Of a stretch of 64,000 nt of DNA, positions 38,101 to 50,922 are shown in pieces. Both the position numbers and the translations under genes were made by a program. How positions within the stretch are numbered: the first letter of the stretch is position 1; each line of letters opens with the position of its first letter. This DNA comes from Vitrella brassicaformis CCMP3155 (taxonomy: Eukaryota > Protista > Chromerida), in the NCBI GenBank assembly GCA_001179505.1, contig CDMY01000358.1, positions 39,162 to 103,161 on the forward strand, given 5' to 3'. Under the pieces are notes generated by a model. That model worked only from the letters and a program-made list of their open reading frames with translations, ran no database searches and had not been told where the DNA came from.

Positions 38101-41100
38101 GGTACGCATACGCATGCACATATGCACGCGCGTCGACTTCTGTACATACGTACGATGAGTGCAGCCCACCCCTGTCTGTCTGTTCGTTTGTCCCTCGCCC
38201 TCTTTGTCTCGGACTGTGTGTGTACGCAGGTGTGGGTGCGTTGAACAAGCGTGAGGACTTCAAGCACATCCATGCCTTCAGCAGCAGTGGCAGCTCATCG
38301 GCGGTCTCGGGAGCCACATCCGCCCCCACCAGTGGGTCGGCCCCGCCGCCATCAAGCGCAGCAGGGACTTCTACCGAACACGGATCGCAGAAGCTCGATA
38401 AAGTCATGTTCCAACCACAACAGGCAAGTGAGAGAGCAACTAAAGAGCGAGGGACACTGCATAATCCAGCCAGCCATCGACCGCTGGTTTTATGTGAATC
38501 TCTCCCCTGCTTGAATTGCATTTTTTCTTTGGTTCGTTCCTTCCTTTTTTCCTTCCGTGCTGGTTTATTGGTTGGTTTGTTGGTTGGTCGGTTCAGGCAG
38601 CGTTTTACGACAAGCTTGCGAAGCACTGCTATGAGACGGGTGTGGGAGTGGAGGTGTTTTGTCAGCCGCCGTCGAATGCCTTCATCGACCTGGCCAGCCT
38701 GGGCCACATAGCGCATGTGACGGGCGGCCACATCCACCTGTACACCCAGACCTCCACCGACAGGGACCCTGAGAGGATCAAGAGGGACGTCATACGCACA
38801 CTCGCTCCCTCTGGCTTCAACTGCATCTTCAAGCTCAGGACCAGCAAAGGACTCGCCGTGTCTAAGTTCTACGGCCCATGGAGTGCCAAACATGGCCTTG
38901 ATGCATCTTCATTCGCAATACCCCGCCTTCACCCCGACACCGCCGTCGCATTCCTCCTCAAACACGACGACAGGTAGGCCAGGTGACAAGGCGACTGACA
39001 CCGACGGACCGACGGACGGACGACGCAGCTAGCTACGACCATCTATCCATCCGTGCTATGCTGGACTGTGCTGTGCTGTGCTTTACTGTGCTGTGGTGTG
39101 TGTAGGCTTGATCAGCAGAAGCATGTGTACCTCCAATGCGCTTGTAGGTCGCTGATAGGGAGCGCTGTGTGTCACATACATCGCATAGCGAGTGAATCGG
39201 CTGTGTGTATGTGTATGTGTGACATGATCAGGCCTGTACACCAACATGAAGGGGCAGCGAATGATCCGAGTCATCACCCTGGCCACACCCACAACGTCCT
39301 CGCTAAGTACCTCACGGCCACACACGGACCGGACCTATGAGAGACAGACAGACAATGAATGCAATGAATGCACCGGTTCACCTCATGTGAACGGACTGGA
39401 CTCCTTTCCTGCCTTCCTTCTTGGGGGGGTCACCGGTGGGTGGTTTGCGTTGCCTTAGGCTCGGTGTTTCGGTACACGGAGATCGACTGCTTGATCAACG
39501 TACTCACCAGGTAGGTACATACACGCATACACACATAGCTACAGTGACGGAGACGAGCAAGTATGATTGACTGCATCCCATCCCCACAGACAGCACAAGC
39601 GAAGCAAGGAGAGCAGATGGCCTGCCTATTCGGCGTCTATACATGTGTCTGTGTGTGTTTCTTTGGTGTGTAGGATGTCGGCTCACGGCGTGATGCACGG
39701 TGTGGGTCACTACCGTGAAGATCTGCTGAACATGTGTGTGGACATGCTGCTGAGCTACCGGCTGCACTGCGCCACGTCCACTACGGCCGGCCAGCTCATA
39801 CTCCCAGAGTCACTCAAACTCTTGCCCCTTTACGTCATGGCTCTCTTCAAACACGCTGTACGGTGCACACGCAAAAGGGATTGCATTGCACTGCAGGGAC
39901 TGACTGACTGACTGACTCCTGGGCGGGCGTTCTTCTCTCCCTGCCTGCGAATGTGTGTTGTGTGGTGGGTGCTGCAGGCGTTCAGGGGCAAGAGCGAGGT
40001 GCGAGCCGACGAAAGGGTACGCTGCAACACGCTCATTGACCACTCCACATTCCTTCCACCCGCCGGCTGACCGCCTGGCTGCTTTGTTGCGTCTATGATA
40101 AATCGTGTCTGACTGACTCATGACGTGTGTGTTTCCTTCAGGTGTACTTTCTGATGCGGTTCGAGCGTCTGCCCGTGTCGATGTCGTCTCTGTCGCTCTA
40201 TCCGGCCCTGAGGTGTCTGCACCGCAGCCTCACAAACGACAGAAAACTCGAGGCAGCCATCAAGGTACTGAATTGATTCACGAATCAACCAACCACATAC
40301 ATACATACATCCATCCGTGTGTGTCGTCGATTGGTCTGCGTGCCACCCACCAGGCGAGCTCGCTGTTGCCGCCCACGATAGCATCGACGGGGGAGAAGGT
40401 CTCATCTGACGGTCAGACGCACTCAGACGCGAGGGAGGGACACACTAATCCAAGCAGCTCAGCTCGCATTCTGCGTGGCTGTGTGTACGGGATGTGTCGG
40501 CCAGGTGTGTATTTGATGGATGATGATGAGCACTTCCTCATCTACGTCGGATGCGATGTCAGGCCCTCCTACGTCACACACGTAAGCACCACACACGGAC
40601 GGCACATAGTCGTCTCCATCCACTTGCCGGCCGATTTGTCATCTATCCATCTATGGGTCGGTCAGTTTTTGGGTCTTGAGGTGGAGGAGCCCGTGTACTG
40701 GAGTGTGGGTGTCGATGGTGAGGCGTCACCTCTGTACAGCAACGGCATGGCTGCTGCTGGTGGCAAAGACTGCATCGAGAGGCGCATTGTGCAGCACCTC
40801 AGAGCCCTCAAGGGCAGCCACCCACATGTACCTGTACGCATCATCCCAGCAAGGTAGGTACGGTACCTAGACACTCTCACACACATCGACAGACAGACAG
40901 ACACCATACATCGCCCCCCCGGCATTGATCGACTGACACACACATCCATGCCATCGGTTGCCATGCAGGTCAGGTGAGGAGGGTCGGTTCAGCTGCCGCT
41001 TGGTGGAGGACCCTGTGTCAGGGGAGGCCAGCTATGTCGACTTCCTCTGCCAGGTCAGCTCGCACAACACACACACACACGGCCACAGCCAGACACACAT

Positions 41101-41181
41101 AACCATCAACGCATCTTGGTTATACTGGCCGATTTGTTTCTTGATCAGATCCATCGTCTGGTGAACGCCAAACTGGATTGA
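35103..41181 (+). CDS. SEC24: COPII coat cargo adaptor Sec24 (Sec24C/D-like), many exons
   Basis: Pro-rich N-terminus; zinc finger GPVRCPRCRAYVNPF...CSCNLCGHVFQVP; RPELLKGTVDFVAPAEY; VAVVTFD; FYDKLAKHC; FIDLASLGHIAHVTGG; GFNCIFKLRTSKGL; LPESLKLLPLY; gelsolin-like VYLMDDDEHFLIYVG; C-terminus SYVDFLCQIHRLVNAKLD*. Confidence 0.95.
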
Positions 41182-41877
41182 GCGAGCAAGACGCCCCACA
41201 AGGCATTCGATGGAGTCACCCGTACACACGCACACTCGTGGCCTGCAGGCAAGGCATATGATCGATGAGGGAATGAGTGCAAAGCGATGGATGGATGGAT
41301 GGATGCTCCATCGCTTTTTGAGATGAGCATATGAGTTGGACGATGAGTTGGACTCATGGATGGATGTGCGTATGCTGGATGAGTTGGACAATGGACGAGG
41401 TGCGTTTTTGAGTTGGGTAGGGGGTGTGACATACACACACACATACATACATACATGGCTTCCGTCCTTCCCCTCTGTGTGTCTGTCTGCATGCCTGTGA
41501 CTGACTGACGTTGTCTGTAGCATCCATCCATCAATGGCTGGTCGGTGGGCCAACATATGATGCGCATGCATTGATTCAGTCATTAACCTAACTGCCTTGA
41601 CGCATCCTTCATTGGCCAGAGAGGGACACATTGTCAATCAATCAAGACCCTTTGACACACCCTGTCTCACTCAAATGGACTGCCGGCCGGCCTCATCCAG
41701 CCAAGATACATGACATACACCACATGCATCGATCCATCCCCCCCTCCCTCCCTCCCTCCCTGGCCTCCTGCCTGCCCGCCGTCTCGATCCATCCACGGCT
41801 AAGCCGGGTGTATCGTTCGTTGGTTGTATCTCTCTATTATACGCCTGTCTGTCTGTTCTGTCTGTGTGTCTCACTAC

Positions 41878-44800
41878 TCATCTGGCACCAGCGTGTGAGG
41901 TGTCTTGGGCACCACTAGATGTGTCCGAGATGAGCCGTGACTCCTCCGCGAAGAGGTCGGGCAGGTCGATGTAGTGGGACGGCGGCAGCGTCGGACGCAG
42001 ATACTTGCCACCCAAGGAAAAGTGCAGGAACCAGTCGAACAACCAGGAATTCAACGCAGCTGGCGTCGCCAGAAATATCGAATTCCTGCAGCAATCAATC
42101 CATGCCACACACACGGTGGACCCACACAGACAGACAGACAGATAGACAAGCAGTTAATCACAGGAAGGGCCAGGCGAGTGTGTGTAACATGAGACATCGT
42201 GTTCGCAGAGTGGTGGGGCAGCCGGTGGGCGGATGAGCTATCTCCGTCCATCTATGTGTGTACCTGATAGTTTCCCATCCTGGTATGAATGGCATGTGGC
42301 TGATGAGCTTGGTGATCATCGTCATGCGACTGTGGCGAAATATCCGTTGCTGAGGAAAGACGGGCCAGTCAATCAGTCAACACACACAGGACATGGGCGG
42401 CTGGTCGTGTGTGTGCACTATAGATTGCTATGTATGGGGTCCCTCCCTCCCTCCCTCCCTCCCTACCCTTCTCATTTCGTTGAATTCCAGGAGGCAGTTT
42501 TCGACGGTAAGGTATCGATACTCAGTCTTCTTGTGCCGCCCTGATTTCATGATGATCTTGGACGTCTTGTCCATCCACACAGGAATGGCTGTCGCGTTGC
42601 GGTAACTCTTGGAAATGATGATCTGAGCCCGCGTGTGGTCCTGCACACACAGTTATGTATGGTACGTACGTACAGCCATACAGACAAAAGGTCGGTCAGG
42701 TGGCGGTGGTGGTTGGCTGACTGGCTCCTTGCTGCCTCGTGTGTCTGTCTGTCTCACGAGGTCACTCACTCACCCCTGTGCCCACAGGTACGGAGACTTT
42801 TCGTCCTTTGAGGCTGAGCCTGCCCTCAGATCGCCTGAAGGGCAGCGGCATCTTGCCGCTGCCACCCGCACTCCCGTCAGCCTGGATCCTGGGCTTGGTG
42901 TACCGCCAATCTACAACCAACCCCAGACAGACAGACAGACAGAGAGACACCCAGTGACCCGAGTTGGTGTGTTATGTATGTATGTATGCTGTGTCATTTC
43001 CGCCCGTACCGACAGACATGATGTGTGAGAATCGTACGCCGGGTTTCCACACGGTTCGTCTTCTGATTTCCTCCTGCGCTCTGAGGTCGTCAGGTGCAGG
43101 TATGTCGGTCATGCTCTTGGCGAACCACCGGGGGGCCCGGTAGATCATGTTGGGACCCGCCGACTCGGCTATCACACTATCCGGGTCAGTGGGCGGCTGG
43201 GACAGCTGCTCCGACAAACCATCAGATGGGGCTGCTGTGGGCGTCAGTGCGGACTCCGATGACGACACGTCGGACACACCATCCGCCGATGACTCGAGCT
43301 GGTGCAAGGCCGCCTCCTCGCCGCTCAGCAAGCTCGCTCTCTCCGGAGTCACTCCGTGTTGTTGCATGATCTTCTGCATTTTCTCCCTGGTGGATGGGGT
43401 GACGGCTGCCTGCAGCTCCTCCAGGAGCCTGTGGTGGGCCTCCAGGTCGAAGTCATCCTCCTTGCCTCCCCCAGAGGCACCAAGGCGCTGGCCGACTTCG
43501 GCCTGTTGGTCGGCTGTGATCATGGGGAACTGCTTCTTCTGAAGCATCTTGAGGTTGTCGGGTGCAGTGAGCTTGGAGAGGCACATGGCGCACTCCCAGG
43601 CGTCCTCGATGCCGAGGCTCGCCCCCTGGGCCAGGTTGGGCGTCACGGTGTGGGCCGCGTCGCCGATGAGGGCTATCCGACCCTTCTGGTACTTGAAATT
43701 CCAATCCTCGAAGTGAAAATTGCCTGAGTGATAGACAGAAGCGATTAATTCGATTCACCGACACACATGACAGACAAAGACAGACAAAGACAGACAGACA
43801 GACAGGCAGAGGGAAGGCAGCGGTGGGGTAGGTAGGTGGGGTAGGCGGGCGTGTGTGTAGGGGGGAGTCTCGGTTGTCTGTTTGTGTGTGTCCCCTCCCT
43901 TACTCACTCCAGATGGGCAGCTTCTCCCCCAGGTGTTTGTCGATGATTTGGGGGATGGGCTGGTGGAAGCCCTGGTACTCGTCGCGCAAGGACCGATAGA
44001 AATCATCTGTGTCACACACACACACGGGACGGGTGGTTGTGCACTGTTGATATGCTGTAGTGTAGTGTCGTGTTGTTTGTTCGTCGCGCACTCACCGTCG
44101 CAGGTGCCCCACATAGAAGGGTTTCTGATGTAATGGCCGCCCCTTGGGGGCTCGGGGAAGCTGGCGAACCAAAAGACTGCACGACCCGGCAAAGGGATGA
44201 CCGCAAACCTGACCAACCCACACACTCACTCTCTTCCTATCCCTCTGTCTGGGCAGGGAAGGGAAGGCAGGGGGGACAGACAGTGGTGTCGGACTGTCAG
44301 TCAGTCAGGCCGACCTTTTTCCGGCGTGCAGCGTTTCGTATGGCGGGTCGACGACGGCGTCTTCGCTGTCGTAAAAGTTCTCCAAAATGCCAGAAATGGA
44401 CCGGTATCCTGCACAGACGCACACGCACACATACAGGCACAACACTGCTGGCGTGCTTCAGCGCAGGCGACACACGCCCCATTCATGCATCCATCGATCC
44501 CCCCATCTGTCTGTCTGTCTGTCTGTGTAGGCCGGCCTGCGTGTGTTGCTGACATACCGTGGTAGTGGATGAAACCTCGACGTGACCCAGGGGCGATGAT
44601 CCTGATGGATGGATGGATGGATGACAGGGTGGTTGATGGGCCCACACATTCTTTGTTTCCGGCCTCCCTCTCCCTTAGCTTGTTCCCTAGCAACTGCTCG
44701 CTTCATTCATTCATTCTGCCTACCTCCTGACTGTTGAGAACATTCCATCAGCTGCAATGAGGAAGTCGCCCTCGACAGCGTATCCATCGCGGAACTCCAG

Positions 44801-45759
44801 CTTCATGGGCACATTGCCGGGGGCCCCTGGCACCGCAGCACCCTCCAGGAAGGACACCTCACGACCATACTCCACCTACACAATGTATGTATGTACGGAT
44901 GTACGGGCGACGCGACACATACGTACGGCGAGTGGAGTGAGTGGGATGGATGTGCACGCCTTGCTCCCTCCCTCCCTCCCTCCCTCCCTCCCTCGGTCCT
45001 TCATTCCTTCCGTCCCCCGTGCTGGCTGCCTGCCTGCCTCACCCACCTCGAGTGTGTGTGGGTGTAGGTTGTCTTCTTTAAGCATCGACAGCAGGTGGGA
45101 CTGCCGCAGCGCCGCCACACGACGGTTGTACAGCGGGTCATTGGTGTTGCCGCGAGACAGCCACAAACCCTTAACACACACACACATCACATGTGTGTAT
45201 ATGTAGGTGCACACCTGTCGGTCGGCCTGCCTGCGCACCGTTTTGTCTCTGTAGGCTGCAGATGGGACGAATCGTGCGGCGTGCTCGAGCTCAGGGGCCA
45301 GCCCCAGGAAGCCCAACACTCGCTGGGCGTTGGGCCATATGCCTGAACGGAAGAAAGGAACGATCCATCCATCCATCCATTCATCACACAATCGCGCTTT
45401 GTGCGGGGTGCTTACCAAGCCCCCTGTCTCGCTCCAGGCAGGCCTCGAATGATGCGGCCTTCTCAAACACACGAACGTCATAACCTACCCTCTGCAGCAG
45501 CCAGCACACACACACACACACGGGACGTTCGTACGTACATCCATCCATGGGGATAGCGACGGGTCACACATACATACATACATACCTGCAGGCAGCGAGC
45601 TGCAGTGAGGCCACTGACCCCTGCCCCAGGGAGAGAAAGAGTGATGCATAACATACATAACGCGGCCGGCATCTCTCCCTTACTCCCCAACACAGTCACG
45701 CTGTTCGTGTGTGTGTGGAACCTACCTGCACCGACCACCAGGGCCGTCCTGGGACGCAT
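41878..45759 (-). CDS. FAD-dependent monooxygenase (group A; salicylate hydroxylase/zeaxanthin epoxidase superfamily), substrate unknown
   Basis: Rossmann motif ALVVGAGVSGLTAA, split by an intron; GIWPNAQRVL; VFWFASF; GD motif ALIGDAAHTVTPNLAQGASLGIEDAWECA. No targeting leader, so not called ZEP. Confidence 0.85.
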
Positions 45760-46249
45760 CGCTTTGTCGACAACGAGCCAGCCTCAGCACACGTCAGGGC
45801 AGCTCAACACACTCGGGCGAGCGCCCTTTGACCGATTGATCAGACGAAAAGGGAGCGATGCAAACACCAGAAAAAGACGCTGGGAGTTCACACCTTCAGT
45901 GTGCAATCAGCCACATCGTTCTTGGCGACAAGATCTCCCGCACTGCGAATTAGCTCGCAATACTCCAGGCTCGCACGATGGGAAAGTGAGGAAACGACGT
46001 TTTCCAGCCGTAGGAGCAGGGCACTGTGGTTAGCGGTTGTGAAAGGTGATGAAACGCCGTGAGAAAATGGATGGAAAGAGGTACGGCGGAGGCACGCACC
46101 TGTAGACCTTCGATCGGCGCATGTTCCACACTGACAGCGCATCAGATGGACTCGACTGATCTCTTCTCACGCAAGCACACAGGTTCGGTGCTCTCTTTGT
46201 TGAATCAATTCTTGAGTATTCGATTGCAGGTGAGGAGTGTGTGTGAGTA

Positions 46250-46789
46250 ATGGCAAGCGGATCGTACTCCACAGAGTTCGGCGGCGGACTGTGGCGCGGC
46301 CATGGCGACTACATGCGCGACAAGAACGACAAGATCAAGGCGCAGCTGGACCAAAGATACGCCGGCGACATGAAGAGCAACATCTTCCAGGTCGGTGCTG
46401 TGCTGGATGCGCGGACAGACAGGCAGACAGACAGACAGATGGCATGCACAGCACCCTTACCGACAGGCAGATAGATGCAATCAATACACTCGACCGCAAG
46501 TGCGGGGCTGCATCGTCCGCACCACGGAGTCGGTGTAGGGGGTGTCGGTTGTTGTGTGTGCTAAGGGTGTGATTGCCCGCATTGATGGCCACACGGAGCT
46601 GAATGATTTCGAAATCAAGAGACTCATCACACAACACGGTGGACAAATGGTAGGCAGGCACCAGAGCAGCCCTGGCTGACGGACTTCTTCTGTCTGTCTG
46701 TCCTTCAGGAGCAGTACGACGTAAGGATGTTTCCTTCAGTTCAGCCGATGTCATGTGGTCTGTACATCGATGTGTGTACCGTACGTACG

Positions 46790-46821
<32 letters not shown>

Positions 46822-49800
46822 GCGGTGTAATGGTTGTCTTGCAGGAGAAGCGCGTGACTCACCTCGTAGCTGACAACCTGGCGATGGGTAAGACAACAGC
46901 CTGGTCCTTCCTTCTTGCTCACTTATTCCTGTTCACTGACTGACACTTTCTCTGGTTGCTGTCTGTCCTGGATTGGATGTCCACGCAGGCAATCAGCGTT
47001 GGCGTCACTACCGCGACAAGCCCACCTCCAAGTTTGTGGTGGTCAAGTCGTCATGGGTGGCAGAGTCAGTGGCGGCCGGCAGGCGGCTGAGGGAGGCAGA
47101 CTTCAAGCCCGATATCCTCCATCATCAGGGCCAGGGCAGCCTCAAGGGGTTCCTCCAGCTACCCAAAGCACAACCACAACCACAACCGCCCCCAGTCGTC
47201 AAGGACAATCCCCCTGGTGGTGCCGCCGGTGGTGGTGTGGAGGAGGATGGTTCAGCGCGCATAGAGATAGACGATGATGCGGCACCGCCAGTTCCACCGC
47301 CACCAGCTGCTGCTGCTGCTGCTGGTGCTGGTGCTGGTGCTGGTGCTGGTGCTGCCGGTGCGAGTCGTGCAGTGAAGCCCCGGCCGTCGAGGGGCCGGCT
47401 TGACGCTACTGATCCAGGTTTTGTCGATAACTTTTTCAAATCATCGCGATTGCACTTCATCGGGTAGTCCGTCCGTCCGTCATAGTGTACGTATTGTGGG
47501 TGTGCGGCAGGCTCTCCTCTCCGTCCATGTGTGTATGTGCTGTGCAGGACCTTTCGGAATCGTGTGAAGGCCAAGTACACGTTCGACGCCTTTGTTCCCG
47601 TGCCGCCTCCGTCGCAGCTGAGTTTGCTGAGCATGAGCACCGCACGCAGGACCATCCTGTACCTTCACGTTGACTTCGACGCATTCTTCACCAGCGTTGC
47701 GCTCAGAAGACACCCCGAATTCAGAAACGAGCCTGTAAGTCAAATCGGGAGGGCCCGCACAGCATTAACATACATACCCATACGTACGGAGCCAGATGCG
47801 GCATGCAGTGTGGTGTGTGTGGGGGGGGATGTGTGTGCGGTGCCTGCCAGGTGGCGATAGCTCATGGCAGCGCGCGGCCGAACAGCTCCAGCGAGATATC
47901 ATCATGCAACTACATAGCCAGACAGGTCAGTCAACAAACACCACTCTGTTTGGGAGGGAGGGCACGAGGGACCGGATGGATGGATGGATGGATGATGCCT
48001 TTCCTGGCTTGTGTGGTGTGGGTGCATACTTGCAGCGGGGCGTGACCAAGGGCAGCTTCATGTCGTCGGCACTGGAGAAGTGTGAGCGACACACGCACAC
48101 ACACACACACGCCCCGACGACCGACAGGCGGCCATCTATCCTTTCCTCCCTCCCCCTGTGTGTGCCGTGCAATATGCAGGTCCCGAGTTGAAGGTGTTGC
48201 CGTATTACTTTGATGACTTCGAGTCGACGAGCGAGGTGCTGTTCGAACACCTGATGCAGCTCTCGAGGAGAATACAGCCACTATCATGTACGCACACACC
48301 TGCAGTGGGGGGCGGGGGGGTTGGCGATATGAACGAATGACTGTCTGTCTTTCTCCCTGTCTGTCTATCTGTCTGTCTGTTTGCAGGTGACGAGGTGCGT
48401 GATTGATGCGGTGCAATCCACCCCCATTCTATGTGATTGGATGCAGGCGGTGGTGCAGCTTGTGGGCGACGACGAATGCGCCGACGTGCAGCAGAAAGCC
48501 AAGCAACTCCGTGAGCGCGAGGCACAGCACGCCTCTCGCTGACCGTGTCGGTCGCATCTTGGTGTGTGTGTGTGTGTAGGTGATTCTGTGCACAGCAAGA
48601 CCGAGTGCTGGGTGTCGATTGGGATCGGCGACAGCCCACTCATCGCCAGGTAGGTAGGTACCCATCGATGGACGGACGTGATGTCGGCAACATACCAACC
48701 AACAAACTCACACACGCATAGCTATGCATGCACTGTCCATCGACACACAAATCTGATCTATCTGCCTGTGTGTTTCGCTCCCTGTGTGTGTGTCAGGGTA
48801 GCCGCGAGTTACGCCAAGCCCGACAAGGGGTCGTCGGGTGTGGTGTTGGTGGAGCCCAAACAGTCCAAGGACTTCATGGCTACCGTCCCACTGAAGGCCA
48901 TCCCGGGCATCGGTAGGTACATGCCCGTGCATTGACTACACCTGACAGCCCAATGCCTCCCTCCCTCCCTCCTTCCTTATCCTGCTGTGCGTGGCGTGCT
49001 ATCGTATTTCTTTCTTTGCAGGTCCTGTGATGCTGGAGAAGCTGCAGAGTCTCGGCTGCAACACATGTGAGCGCAAAGGGAGCAAGGGAGGGAGGGAGAC
49101 ACACGGACGGACGGACGGACGGACGGTAGGGAACAAAGACAGACAGACAGACAGACATGACACGACCTGTTGTTTGTTGTGGTGGATCAGGCGAGGACGT
49201 GCGGCGACAGCGGACAGAAACCGACCTAGTGACCACCCTAGGTAGGTAGGTCGGCCAACAGATGGAACAGCAGACAGACAGACAAACAGAGAGGTAGAAG
49301 GGCCGTCTGGGTAGCTGGCCGGCCGACACTGGTGGGTATGTTGTGTCTGTCGTGTTTGTGTCTTGTAGGCAAGGTGATGGGTTCCCGTGTGTGGGCAGCG
49401 GCTCATGGCATCGACAACCGACAGATAGGCAGCACAGGTCGGGTCGGTGCATGGGCGGGTGGGTACACAGGCAGAATACAGACAGACAGACAGGCAGCTA
49501 TCATTCTGTGTCGTGTCGTGTCATTTTGTGTGGTCCAGAGGCCTCCGGTGCTGGCACTGGCGCGCAGAAGTCGATCTCTGTGGCCGTCAACTGGGTGAGG
49601 GAGACAGACCCACACACAGCTCGACGGACAGACCCATGCTCGACCTGTGTGTGTGTGTGTGCCGCCGACACCCTCAGGGTGTGCGTCTGAGTACGGATAC
49701 CGACCTGGATAAGTTTCTGGCGAGCATCGCGGCGGATGCGAGCAAGCGGCTGGAGGAGAGGGGCTTCCTGACGCAGGCTGTTACCTTCAAGCTCATGCAG

Positions 49801-50703
49801 CGACACCCTGAGGCACCCGTAGAGCCCCCAAAGGTATGCAAATACATCACTTCCATGTAGGTGTGTGTGTGTGAATGCGTGTGTGTATGTCTGCCTGAAG
49901 TTCCTGGGTCATGGGATGTGCAACGAGCTCACCAAGCGGCATGTGCTGCCCGAGTCCACTGCGTCGGCCCACCGCATCCAGATGGCCCTCCGCACCATCT
50001 GGGACGACGAATTCGCCAAGAAATGCCCCATACACGAGATTCGAGGCCTCACGGCCATGCTGGGGAAGCTCAAACGCAAGACCTCCCCAGCACCAGCACC
50101 AGCACCAGCACCAGCACCAGCACCAGCAGCAGCCAGGGGAGGCGGTGGTGGTCGTGGGCCGCCGATGCTCACAGACCTCCAGGAGGGCTTCTTACGCAAC
50201 ACAAGGCGCAAGGTCAACATGCAGCAGGGCAGCAAAGGTGCCCACATCGGCGGCCCTCGTGACGTGGAGTCAATCGATCTGGCTGCGGAAGAGGTTCGCA
50301 TAGCACCCCTACGTGAATGAACACACCACGGGAGCCCAGCCCAGTAAGTATCATCCATCTGTGTTGGCTTCCTTCATTTGGCATCCATGTACAGGATGCT
50401 GAGTGCGCGCCTGCCGTCCCACCCAGTGCCTTCAGCCCGCGTGTGTCTGTTGCTGCTGGTGCTACTGCTGGTGGTAGTGGTGGTGCGGCATGCGCCCAGC
50501 CGTCCGTCCCCCCGGCCCGTCGGTACCACCACCTCGTTGACGTCTATGTCAAACAGGGAAGCTCGGCCCTGCGGTTCCAGACGGCTGCAGAGGAGGCGAT
50601 CATGGGCTGCGAGACGCTCGACGACATCCGGCGGGACATGCCGTATGATGACGATGTCTGGCGGGCGGTGCTCAGCCTCGCCAAACGACTCGGGCGCTCG
50701 TAG
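46250..50703 (+). CDS. REV1: REV1 deoxycytidyl transferase (Y-family translesion polymerase) with N-terminal BRCT
   Basis: GDYMRDKNDKIKAQ; BRCT (VTHLVADNL, KSSWVAES); FVDNFFKSSRLHFIG; LHVDFDAFFTSV; SEISSCNYIARQRGV; PLSCDEAVV; PDKG; KSISVAVNWGVRL; KFLGHGMCN. Confidence 0.95.
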
Positions 50704-50922
50704 CCTGCCTGCCTTCATGGCTAGTTGTACAGCTGCATGCCGGTGGACCATCGTGGCACTGATACGTGGCCTGCATGCTCATGCACGTTGGATCTCTGCG
50801 GGGTCCCTCGCAATATATGTGTGGTGCAAACAACGGTCGAACCGGTCGCCCGCCCCAAGTCGGTTGTGATCCGGAAATTCAAATATGTATTATATCATCG
50901 CCTCCCTCCCTGCATTTCTCAC

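Noticed and set aside
41878-45759. Calling the monooxygenase zeaxanthin epoxidase
   Set aside because: It starts directly at the Rossmann motif with no plastid leader and shows no FHA domain; only superfamily-level motifs.
47310-50130. (GCTGGT)n at ~47310-47350 and (CCAGCA)n at ~50087-50130 are reverse complements, suggesting an inverted-repeat element
   Set aside because: Both are coding microsatellites (AGAGAG and PAPAPA linkers) in REV1; no transposon features.
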